Shown here: piece by piece, positions 30,444-38,274 of the stretch
How the letters are laid out: each line of letters starts with the position of its first letter
Position numbering within the stretch: the stretch's first letter is position 1
DNA from: Gemmatimonadales bacterium
GTDB taxonomy: Bacteria; Gemmatimonadota; Gemmatimonadetes; Gemmatimonadales; GWC2-71-9
Direction of reading: 5' to 3'
Assembly (NCBI GenBank): GCA_037916975.1
Contig: JBAIWX010000141.1
Span: 1 to 57,141 of the forward strand
Length of the DNA stretch: 57,141 bases
Position numbers and translations under genes: made by a program
Notes under the pieces: generated by a model
The model's database searches: none
What the model was told of the DNA's origin: nothing
What the model saw: the letters and a program-made list of their open reading frames with translations, nothing else

Positions 30444-31698
30444 GCGTCTCGCCCTCCTCCTGCTGCTGCTGGGCGCGGGCCTTCCCGCGCCCGGCTGGGC
30501 CGTGACGCCGGTGGACGTCGTCCACGACCTCTGGTCGCGCCTGCAGGGCGACGGCGACGCCGACGACCAGCTGCCGAAGCCGGCCCCCCACGCCATCGCC
30601 GGCGGCGCCGGCGCGCCCGCCGTCTCCCTCGGCGACCTGCGGCACCCGATCACCCTCGAGCGCGACCTCCGCGCGGCCCTCAACGGGCCGGAGGCCGGCT
30701 GGCGGCTCACCGTGCCCGGCGGTCAGGCCCGCGCCGGGGACTTCAGCATCGGCAGTGAGCAGACGACCGAGGGCGACCTGCTCGTGGTGCGCGGCACCGC
30801 GGACGTGTACGGCCGCCTGCGCGGGAACCTCGTCGCGCTCGACGGCGACGTCGTGCTGCACCACGGCGCGCTCGTGACGGGCGACGTCCTCGCGCTGGGC
30901 GGGCAGGTGCACGAACAGGGCGGCGAGGTGGGGGGCGAGATCCGTTCCCTCAGCGCCGCGCTGCGCGCCGGCGCGCCGGCGGCGGCACGCCTGCCGCTCG
31001 GGGCGCGCGTGGCGCGCGCGGTGGCGGGGGTGGGAGGCGTCGCGCTCTCGCTCCTCCTCGTCGGCTTCGGGCTCGTCCTCTTCGGGCGCGGCCCGCTCGA
31101 GGTGACCGCCGACACCGTCGCCAACTCCTTCACCCGCTCGCTCGTCGCGGGCCTCCTGGGCCAGGTGCTGGTGATCCCCACCTTCGGCATGCTGGTCGTG
31201 GGACTGATCCTCACGGTGGCGGGCATCCTCCTCATCCCGTTCGTGGTCGTGGTCTTCGCGCTCCTCCTCGTCGTCGGGCTGGTCGGCGGGACGCTGGCCG
31301 TGCTCCACGCGATGGGCGAGACGATCTCGCGCCGCCAGATGGCGAAGGGCGCGCGCGTCTCGCCGAACGGCTACCGCTACGTCGCGGTCGGGCTGGCGGG
31401 GCCGGTGGCGCTCTGGCTCGTGTGGGCGCTCGTGGGGTGGGTGCCGCTCGCCGGCGACCTGGTGCGCGGGGCCGCGATCCTCGTGACGTGGCTCCTCGCC
31501 ACGCTCGGCTTCGGGGCGGCGCTCCTCTCGCGCGGCGGATTCCGGGAGCAGTTCGCCGGCCGGATCGTCCCGCCGGAGATGCTCACCGACGAGTTCCTCT
31601 GGGCGACGCCGCGCTTCGGCGTCCCGTCGGTGAAGCGGCCCGGCAGCCCCGGCGACTCCACGCCCCCCTCGGGCTCGCGCCCGACCCAGGACCGGTGA
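30430..31698 (+). CDS. Membrane protein with exported bactofilin-like (polymer-forming) beta-helix repeats
   Basis: Signal peptide; GDLLVVRG..GNLVALDGDV..GDVLALGG..GGEI repeats; about 5 C-terminal TM helices. Confidence 0.75.
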   Translation: MTAPRRLALLLLLLGAGLPAPGWAVTPVDVVHDLWSRLQGDGDADDQLPKPAPHAIAGGAGAPAVSLGDLRHPITLERDLRAALNGPEAGWRLTVPGGQARAGDFSIGSEQTTEGDLLVVRGTADVYGRLRGNLVALDGDVVLHHGALVTGDVLALGGQVHEQGGEVGGEIRSLSAALRAGAPAAARLPLGARVARAVAGVGGVALSLLLVGFGLVLFGRGPLEVTADTVANSFTRSLVAGLLGQVLVIPTFGMLVVGLILTVAGILLIPFVVVVFALLLVVGLVGGTLAVLHAMGETISRRQMAKGARVSPNGYRYVAVGLAGPVALWLVWALVGWVPLAGDLVRGAAILVTWLLATLGFGAALLSRGGFREQFAGRIVPPEMLTDEFLWATPRFGVPSVKRPGSPGDSTPPSGSRPTQDR

Positions 31699-32570
31699 GC
31701 GCCACGGTGCGCCGGCACTCCGCCGCACTCGCGGCGCTGCTCGGCGCCGGCACGCTCGCCGCCGGCCCGCTCCGGGCGCAGTCGCTCCGCGAGTTCGACG
31801 TCGCGCGGCAGCTCAAGGGCGAACCGCGACTCGCCGTCGAGGTGCGGTACGCCGCGGGCAGCCTGCTCCTGCGGCCCGCGCCGCAGGGCTCGCTCTACCG
31901 GCTCCGGCTCACCTACGACGAGGATCGCTTCCGCCCGCTCGTGAGCTACGACGCGGCGTCGGCCCGACTGGCCCTCGGCGCCGAGCCGCTCGGCCGGGGC
32001 GGGATCTTCGCGCGGCACGCCGAACCGGCGCCGCAGGCGGCCACGGTCGAGCTGAGCGGGGAGGCCGACCTCGACCTCGCGGTGAGCCTGGGGGCGACGG
32101 AGGGAACCCTCGAGCTGGGCGGCCTGCGCCTCTCGCACGTGCAGGTGGAGGCGGGCGCGAGCCGCACGCAGGTGCGCTTCTCGGCACCGAATCCCGTCCG
32201 CTGCGCCCTCCTGCGCATCAAGGCGGGCGGCGGGGAGGCGACGTTCACCGGCCTGGGCAACGCACGCTGCGAGCGCGTGGACTTCGAGGGCGGCATCGGC
32301 GAGACCACGCTCGACTTCACCGGCGCCTGGACCGGCACGATGGCGGTGCACGCGGACATGGCCGTGGGCGGCCTCGTGCTCCGGCTGCCTCGCGACGCCG
32401 GCGTGCGGCTCCATCTCGACCGCTTCCTCGCGCGCTTCGCGCCGAGCGGACTCGTGGCCGGCCCGGACGGGACCACGTGGACGACGCGTGCGTGGGACGC
32501 GGCCCCCCGGCGCCTCGACATCGACCTCACCAGCGCGGTGGGCGGCGTGCGGGTGGCGTGGGCCGACTGA
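31695..32570 (+). CDS. Exported LiaF/DUF2154 (toast-rack)-like beta-solenoid protein
   Basis: GTG overlapping upstream TGA; signal peptide; repeats LGA.E..LELGGL, GAS...V.F, GGIGE..LDF, C-terminal I...VG.V.V. Confidence 0.7.
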   Translation: MSATVRRHSAALAALLGAGTLAAGPLRAQSLREFDVARQLKGEPRLAVEVRYAAGSLLLRPAPQGSLYRLRLTYDEDRFRPLVSYDAASARLALGAEPLGRGGIFARHAEPAPQAATVELSGEADLDLAVSLGATEGTLELGGLRLSHVQVEAGASRTQVRFSAPNPVRCALLRIKAGGGEATFTGLGNARCERVDFEGGIGETTLDFTGAWTGTMAVHADMAVGGLVLRLPRDAGVRLHLDRFLARFAPSGLVAGPDGTTWTTRAWDAAPRRLDIDLTSAVGGVRVAWAD

Positions 32571-32577
32571 CGGGGCG

Positions 32578-33153
32578 ATGACCCCGACGCAGCTCGCCGG
32601 CCTCGCCCTCGGCGCCGCCTTCGCCGCCGGGCTCAACGTCTACGCCACCGTGGCGCTGCTCGGCGCCGCGATCCACTTCCAGGTCGCCCCGCTCCCCCAG
32701 GGACTCCACGTCCTCGGCGACCCGGCCGTCATCCTCGCCGCCGGCCTCCTCTTCCTCGTCGAGTTCTTCGCCGACAAGGTCCCGCTCCTCGATTCCGCGT
32801 GGGACGCGCTCCACACCGTGGTCCGCCCGCTGGTCGCGGCGGCGATCGGCCTCGGCGCCTTCGCGGGGCTCCCGCCGGCCTGGCAGCTGGTGGCGGCGCT
32901 CGTGGCCGGCAGCGTCGCGCTCACGGCGCACGGCGCCAAGGCGACCACGCGCGCGGCGGCGAACGCCTCGCCGGAGCCGTTCAGCAACTGGGCGCTCAGC
33001 ACCGCGGAGGACGTGGTGGCCGCAGGGCTCACGTGGCTCGCGATCACGCACCCCGTCGTCGCGGGCGCGCTCGCGCTCGTGTTCGTGGTGCTGGCGCTGC
33101 TCGTGATCCGCGGGATGCTCCGGCTGGCCCGTCGGCTGTTCACGAAAAGTTGA
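32578..33153 (+). CDS. DUF4126-family membrane protein
   Basis: AAGLNVYAT, VEFFADKVP.LDSAWD..HT.VRP, SPEPFSNWALS.AED. Confidence 0.85.
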   Translation: MTPTQLAGLALGAAFAAGLNVYATVALLGAAIHFQVAPLPQGLHVLGDPAVILAAGLLFLVEFFADKVPLLDSAWDALHTVVRPLVAAAIGLGAFAGLPPAWQLVAALVAGSVALTAHGAKATTRAAANASPEPFSNWALSTAEDVVAAGLTWLAITHPVVAGALALVFVVLALLVIRGMLRLARRLFTKS

Positions 33154-33302
33154 CACTCGTTTCACGCGAGCGTCAGGCGCTCTGGACACCCGCCCGTGGC
33201 CGCCGCAGATTAGCCGGACGCGGAGCATGGTCCCGGCGGGATCGTCGCCCCGCGCCGTCGTTTCGGAGGACCGCGCTCCCCTTCCCCCGCCCGAGGCCGG
33301 CC

Positions 33303-33830
33303 ATGCAGGACATGCAGGCGATCGTCCAGGCGATCATCACCTCCCCGAACTTCATCTCCGAAGACGCCTACGTGGCCCGCGGGAACTACCGCGTCGCCCG
33401 CACGCCGAGACTCTTCAAGCACCTCGAGAACGAGCTGGTGCGCGCCGTGTTCCCGACGGACGTGAGCACGATCGTGGACGGCAGCGTCGTCTGCCTCACG
33501 ACGCTCTACGACACGCGCAACCGCGTGAACATCTACGCGCACACGATCTGCGCGGGCCCCGGGGTGAACACGCTCTTCCGCGCGATCCACACGCCGATGC
33601 CGAGCGCCCTCCCGCAGCCCGGCGTCGCGGGCGAGAAGGCGATCGCGCAGTTCGTCGCGTGGAAGCAGGCGGCCTGGGTCAAGTTCCTGAACGACGAGCT
33701 CGAGTACGGCACCGAGGAGGCGTCGGCGATCTGGATCGACAACTTCTGGAAGGCGCTCGACCGGCTCTTCGGCACCGGCCACCTCGTGGACTTCGAGCCC
33801 GGCCAGCTGCGTGCGGCGTTCGTCGGCTAG
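33303..33830 (+). CDS. Hypothetical soluble protein
   Basis: 175-aa ORF with very strong codon bias, followed by a perfect hairpin; start may be 33312. Confidence 0.8.
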   Translation: MQDMQAIVQAIITSPNFISEDAYVARGNYRVARTPRLFKHLENELVRAVFPTDVSTIVDGSVVCLTTLYDTRNRVNIYAHTICAGPGVNTLFRAIHTPMPSALPQPGVAGEKAIAQFVAWKQAAWVKFLNDELEYGTEEASAIWIDNFWKALDRLFGTGHLVDFEPGQLRAAFVG

Positions 33831-33859
33831 CCGGCCCCCGGGCGCGGCGGCGCATGACG

Positions 33860-33894
33860 CGAAGGGCGGGAGCACCGGGTGCTCCCGCCCTTCG
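33860..33894. terminator. Bidirectional stem-loop between convergent genes
   Basis: 16-bp perfect inverted repeat CGAAGGGCGGGAGCAC-CGG-GTGCTCCCGCCCTTCG. Confidence 0.75.
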
Positions 33895-33918
33895 TGCCGT
33901 CCGGGGCGCGGCGCGGGC

Positions 33919-35724
33919 CTACCAGCGCCCGCGCGGCCGCCGCTCGTAGCCTCCCTCGAAGTACTCCTCCCAGCGGCGCTCGACGAGCCGCTGCACCTCG
34001 TCGGGGACGGTGACGGGCGGCGGATAGCCCTCCTTCCACGTCGCGTCGATCCCGATGCGGCCCGCGTACACCGGCATCGCGCCGACGAAGCGCTGCTCCT
34101 GGCAGACGAGGTCGCGCGCGGGGTCGAAGCGCGTGAAGATCCCCCAGATGGTGCTGGTCTCGTCGTCGAGGTCCACGTCGTCGCTCACCGCGGCGAGGAG
34201 CTTCACGGGGCCGAGCCCCTCCCACTGCACCAGCTTGGCGAGCACGTCGCGCGGCTGCTCGCGCACCTGCACCACGAGGAAGCCGCCCTCGAGCACGCGG
34301 TGCGCGGCGATGCGCCGGTCGAACGCCGAGGGGTCGCTCACGGCGGTGGGCGGCGCATCCGTCGTGACGGCGTCGCCGGTGGCGTCGAGGATCAGCTTGC
34401 TCCCCACGTGCAGGCGGTAGCTGGTGTAGTCGAGGGTGTCGAGCGGCGCGATCGGGAGGAGGAGCATCCGCTCGGTCGGCTCCCAGCGGTACCAGAGCTC
34501 GCGCAGGAGCGCCCGGAAGCTCCGCACCGGGACGTCGCGCCGCACCATGGCGGCGACCTTGGTGAGGGACAGCTGCCCCGTGCCGAGGAGGTTGAGCGCC
34601 ACCTTGAGCGCCTCCTTGGGGTGGCGCTCCACCATGGAGACCACGAGCAGGTTGTGGAAGACGGCGTCGTCGTACGCGTAGAGGTCGGTGATGCCGGGGT
34701 TGATGACCTTGATGAGCGGGCCGACGATCTCGCCCGCGGCCATCCCGACCCACTTGTCCTCCTGCGGCGGCTTGCCGACCACCGCGGCGGGGACGATCGG
34801 GTGCCGCCGCCGCGTCACCTTCCGCACGTGGAAGACGGGGAAGAGCTCGGCCTCCGAGTAGTGGCCGTAGTGGTCGCCGAAGGGGCCCTCCATGCGCCGC
34901 TCGTGCGGCGGCACGATGCCCTCGAGGATCACCTCCGCGTTGGCGGGGACGGCCAGACCGATCGAGACGCCCCGCACGAAGCGGGTCGGCGCGCCGCGGA
35001 GGTAGCCGGCGCAGGCGAGCTCGTCCATCTCCTCGGGAAGCGGGAGGATGGACGCGAGCATCGTCACGGGGTCGCCGCCCAGCACCACCGCCGCCTCGAG
35101 CGGCTGGTTCATCTCCTCGGCCACGAAGTGGTGGCCGCGCCCGCCCTTCATGCTCTGCCAGTGCATCCCGGTCGTGGCGCCGTCGAACACCTGCAGGCGG
35201 TAGAGGCCGAAGTTGCGGGTGCGCGAGCGCGGGTGCTCCGTGAGGGTGGGGCCCCAGGTGATGAACGGCCCGCCGTCGCGCGGCCACGCCCAGACGCTGG
35301 GCAGCCGGTCGATGCGCGGCTCCTCCACCACCTCCTGCGCCACGCCGCCCGACACCACCTGCGGGCGCATGTGGCGCGCCTGCCAGAGGCGGTCGCGCAC
35401 CTTCCAGAGCTTGCCGAGGGAGGGCGGGTTGAGCTGCTGGACGAGGCCGATGAGCTCCTCGCCGATCTCCTGCGGATGCCGGCCGAGCGCGAGCTCGATG
35501 CGGCGCGCGGAGCCGAAGAGGTTCATCACCAGCGGGAAGTCGGCGCCCTTCACCCGCTCGAAGAGGAGCGCCGGGCCGTCCTGGCGGATCACCCGCTGGA
35601 CGAGCTCGGCCACCTCGAACTTCGGGTCCACCTCGGCGCGGACGCGGCGGAGCTCGCCCGCCCGCTCGAGGTGGTTGACGAACGCCTGGAGGTCGGGCCA
35701 CGCGGGCCGACGGGAAGCGGACAT
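33919..35724 (-). CDS. ubiD: UbiD-family prFMN decarboxylase (menaquinone MqnL-like, C-terminally extended)
   Basis: GPALLFERV, NLFGS, WPRDGGPFIT, EGPFGDHYGHYS, VGKPPQED, IWGIFTRFDPARD, IGIDATWK. Confidence 0.9.
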   Translation of the reverse strand: MSASRRPAWPDLQAFVNHLERAGELRRVRAEVDPKFEVAELVQRVIRQDGPALLFERVKGADFPLVMNLFGSARRIELALGRHPQEIGEELIGLVQQLNPPSLGKLWKVRDRLWQARHMRPQVVSGGVAQEVVEEPRIDRLPSVWAWPRDGGPFITWGPTLTEHPRSRTRNFGLYRLQVFDGATTGMHWQSMKGGRGHHFVAEEMNQPLEAAVVLGGDPVTMLASILPLPEEMDELACAGYLRGAPTRFVRGVSIGLAVPANAEVILEGIVPPHERRMEGPFGDHYGHYSEAELFPVFHVRKVTRRRHPIVPAAVVGKPPQEDKWVGMAAGEIVGPLIKVINPGITDLYAYDDAVFHNLLVVSMVERHPKEALKVALNLLGTGQLSLTKVAAMVRRDVPVRSFRALLRELWYRWEPTERMLLLPIAPLDTLDYTSYRLHVGSKLILDATGDAVTTDAPPTAVSDPSAFDRRIAAHRVLEGGFLVVQVREQPRDVLAKLVQWEGLGPVKLLAAVSDDVDLDDETSTIWGIFTRFDPARDLVCQEQRFVGAMPVYAGRIGIDATWKEGYPPPVTVPDEVQRLVERRWEEYFEGGYERRPRGRW

Positions 35725-35826
35725 TCGGGGGTCGTGGGGTTCGGTGCGAGCGGTCGTACCCCGGCCGGCGCCGGGAGAGCCGCCGGGGAAGCTAGCGGCC
35801 CGGGAGGGGGGCGAGAAGCGCGCCGG

Positions 35827-36585
35827 TCAGCCGAGCCGGGCGCGCACCGCGTGGCCGACGCCGATGCCGAGCCGGCGCGCGGCGGAGCCGTCCCGGACGG
35901 CGATCTCCACGAACCCGCCGGAACCGACGAAGGCGAGGAGGCCGCCGGTCGGCACGTCGCCGAAGGTCCGCACGAGCTTCCCGACGACGAGGTCCTCGAC
36001 CTCGAGCACGGCGTAGGGCGGCACCTCCTCCGTCGTGAGGTTGGTGACGAGCGTGCCGAAGCGGTCCGCGTAGATCACCTCGCCCACCACGCTCTTCCCC
36101 TCGTAGCGCGGCGCGCCCCACGCGAGGCGGATCGGGGGCTCCACCGCCGGGGGGCCCAGGGTCTCGAGCGGATAGCCCATGAGGAGCCGAGCCGCGGCCG
36201 GCGCGAAGATGTCGCGGCCGTGGAAGGTCGGCGCGGCGGTCTCGACGTCGGGGAGCACGACGGCCTCCGCGCCGGCGATGCCCAGCGGATCGGAGAGGAG
36301 CCCGTTGTCCGGGCCGACGAAGTAGTGCCCGCCGGCGCAGACGGCGATGCCCCGTCGGCTCGTGCCCACCCCCGGGTCCACCACGCCCAGGTGCACGGTG
36401 CCCGCCGGGAAGCGCCGCCAGGCGCGGCCGAGGAGGTAGGCACCGGCGCGCACGTCGCCGGGGGTGACGGAGTGGGTCACGTCCACGATGGTCGTCGCGG
36501 GCGCATGGGTGAGGACGACGCCCTTCACCTCGGCGACGTACGAGTCGGCGAGGCCGTAATCGGTGAGGCAGGTGAGGAGCGGCAT
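35827..36585 (-). CDS. DUF62 SAM hydrolase (SAM-dependent chlorinase/fluorinase family)
   Basis: LTDYG..D.YV..VKGV, VVDPGVGT.R, GPDNGLL, TFHGRDIFAP, DRFG. Confidence 0.92.
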   Translation of the reverse strand: MPLLTCLTDYGLADSYVAEVKGVVLTHAPATTIVDVTHSVTPGDVRAGAYLLGRAWRRFPAGTVHLGVVDPGVGTSRRGIAVCAGGHYFVGPDNGLLSDPLGIAGAEAVVLPDVETAAPTFHGRDIFAPAAARLLMGYPLETLGPPAVEPPIRLAWGAPRYEGKSVVGEVIYADRFGTLVTNLTTEEVPPYAVLEVEDLVVGKLVRTFGDVPTGGLLAFVGSGGFVEIAVRDGSAARRLGIGVGHAVRARLG

Positions 36586-36597
36586 CGTCGAAAGCTA
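36586..36597 (-). promoter_or_regulatory. -10 box, leaderless transcript of DUF62 gene
   Basis: Minus strand TAGCTT-N6-ATG. Confidence 0.6.
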
Positions 36598-36752
36598 CAC
36601 CCGCCCTGCCGACACTCGCGCCGCATCCGCGCCGCCCCCCGGGGCCCGCCGGCCGCCCCGCCCCGCCACCGCCCGCCCCGGGCCCGCTCCCCCGGGCACC
36701 GGGGCCCGCCGAAGTTGCCCCGCGCGAAGGTCATGTTCCCCGAGCCGGAGAG

Positions 36753-38183
36753 ATGCCGATGCCGATCCTGCGGCTGCTCACCCTCCTCGCCGCGGCCGCG
36801 GCGCCTGCCGCCGCCCAGGCCCGCCCGAACGAACCCGCGGCGCTCGCGGTGCTCGACCGCGCGGTCGCCCGGATGGGCGGCGACAGCGCGCTCCGCGCGG
36901 TCCGCACGATCCGCATGGACGTGCTGACGCAATGGCAGCGCACCACCTTCGGCACCTACCCGTACGCCGACCAGCCGAGCTACGAGCGGCACGCCGACCT
37001 GCGCGACTACGCGACCGCGAGCTGGCGGAACACGCGCGACTTCCTCGGGCAGGGGCGCACGGTGGACGTCGTCGCCGACAGCGTGACGGGCCGCTGGCTG
37101 ACGGGGCCCGACGGGTCGGTGCGCGCGATGCCGATGAACCGCGCGTACGTGCAGGAGCGCCGGGAGCAGTTCGCCTTCGCACCGGAGCGGACGCTCCTCC
37201 TCGCCCGCGACGCGGGCGGGCTCCGCCGCCTCGCCGACACGACGATCGCGGGGGTGGTGCACGCGCGCCTGGCCGGCTCGGCCGACGGCTTCCCGACGAC
37301 GTGGTTCGTCCGTGCCACCGACGGCCTCCTCGCGATGGCCCGCTTCACCGCCGACGAGACCGACGACTTCGGCCTCGCGCCGTGGGGGGTGCAGGAGGTG
37401 GAGGTCTGGTATTCGGCGTGGACGACGGTGAAGCCCGGCCTCACGCTCCCGCGGCAGCGCGACGTGCGGCGCCTCGGGCTGCCGTACCGGCGGATGACCG
37501 CGCTCACGATCGCGGTCGGCGCCCCTGCACCGGCGGACTCCTTCGCGATTCCCGACTCGATCGTGACGCGCTACCTCGCCACCGAGCGGCGGCCGATGTG
37601 GGCAGCGCCCCTCGACGACGCGAAGGTGGTGGAGCGGGACTTCGCGACCTTCGCCCCGTGGTTCGGCACGTCGGGCGCCGTGCGGGTGGGCGGCGAGTGG
37701 GTGCTGGTGGAGACGGGGCAGGCCGACGGCGCGGCGGCGCTCCTCGACGGGTGGCTCACGACGAACGCGGGCGGGCCCGCGCGGCTCGGCATCGTGGCGC
37801 GCACCGGCACCGGGAACGGCGGCGCCCGCTGGTTCGCGCGCCAGGGCCGGCCGCTCCTCGTGGCCCCGGGCGCCAACGCCATGGTACGGCACATCATCGG
37901 GTCGGCGGCGCGCGGCGCCCGCCCAGGGACGGTGACGAAGGCAGGCTGGGTGAAGGTCGGCACCGACTCGCTCTGGGCCGAGCCGGTGGACCTGCCCGAC
38001 GCGCCGGGGGAACTCGCGGTCTACGTCCCGGCGCTCCGCTGGGTGTACCTCTCGACGGCGGGCGTGCCCGCCTACAAGCCCGAATTCGACGCGCTCGTCG
38101 CCCGGCTCCGGGCGCGGGGGCTGCCGGTCGAGTGGATGGGCTGGGCGCGGGCGTTCCGGGTGGCGGTCCCGCCGGCGTCCTGA
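36753..38183 (+). CDS. Secreted protein with degenerate metallo-beta-lactamase-like C-terminal domain
   Basis: Signal peptide ending AAAQA; LDRAVARMGG..AL..VRT N-terminus; C-half mimics MBL fold without HxHxDH. Confidence 0.7.
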   Translation: MPMPILRLLTLLAAAAAPAAAQARPNEPAALAVLDRAVARMGGDSALRAVRTIRMDVLTQWQRTTFGTYPYADQPSYERHADLRDYATASWRNTRDFLGQGRTVDVVADSVTGRWLTGPDGSVRAMPMNRAYVQERREQFAFAPERTLLLARDAGGLRRLADTTIAGVVHARLAGSADGFPTTWFVRATDGLLAMARFTADETDDFGLAPWGVQEVEVWYSAWTTVKPGLTLPRQRDVRRLGLPYRRMTALTIAVGAPAPADSFAIPDSIVTRYLATERRPMWAAPLDDAKVVERDFATFAPWFGTSGAVRVGGEWVLVETGQADGAAALLDGWLTTNAGGPARLGIVARTGTGNGGARWFARQGRPLLVAPGANAMVRHIIGSAARGARPGTVTKAGWVKVGTDSLWAEPVDLPDAPGELAVYVPALRWVYLSTAGVPAYKPEFDALVARLRARGLPVEWMGWARAFRVAVPPAS

Positions 38184-38230
38184 AGCTCCCCCGGGCCGCC
38201 CGGCCCCGGGGGGCCGTGACTGGCGCCGGA

Positions 38231-38257
38231 TGAAACGCCGGGCCGAGATTGGACGTA
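38231..38257 (+). promoter_or_regulatory. ECF-type promoter upstream of Ser/Thr kinase
   Basis: TGAAAC-N17-CGTA, same boxes and spacing as 29795-29821. Confidence 0.6.
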
Positions 38258-38274
38258 GGCCCCGGGACGACGCC

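Noticed and set aside
35827-36585. Fluorinase/chlorinase implying halogenated natural-product synthesis
   Set aside because: Has the Asp-Arg-His features of DUF62 SAM hydrolases (DPGVGTSR, TFHGRD) and no biosynthetic cluster context
36600-36720. C-rich tract with three CGGG(G)CCCGC-like copies, possible G-quadruplex or repeat array
   Set aside because: Low-complexity, irregular spacing, expected at this GC content
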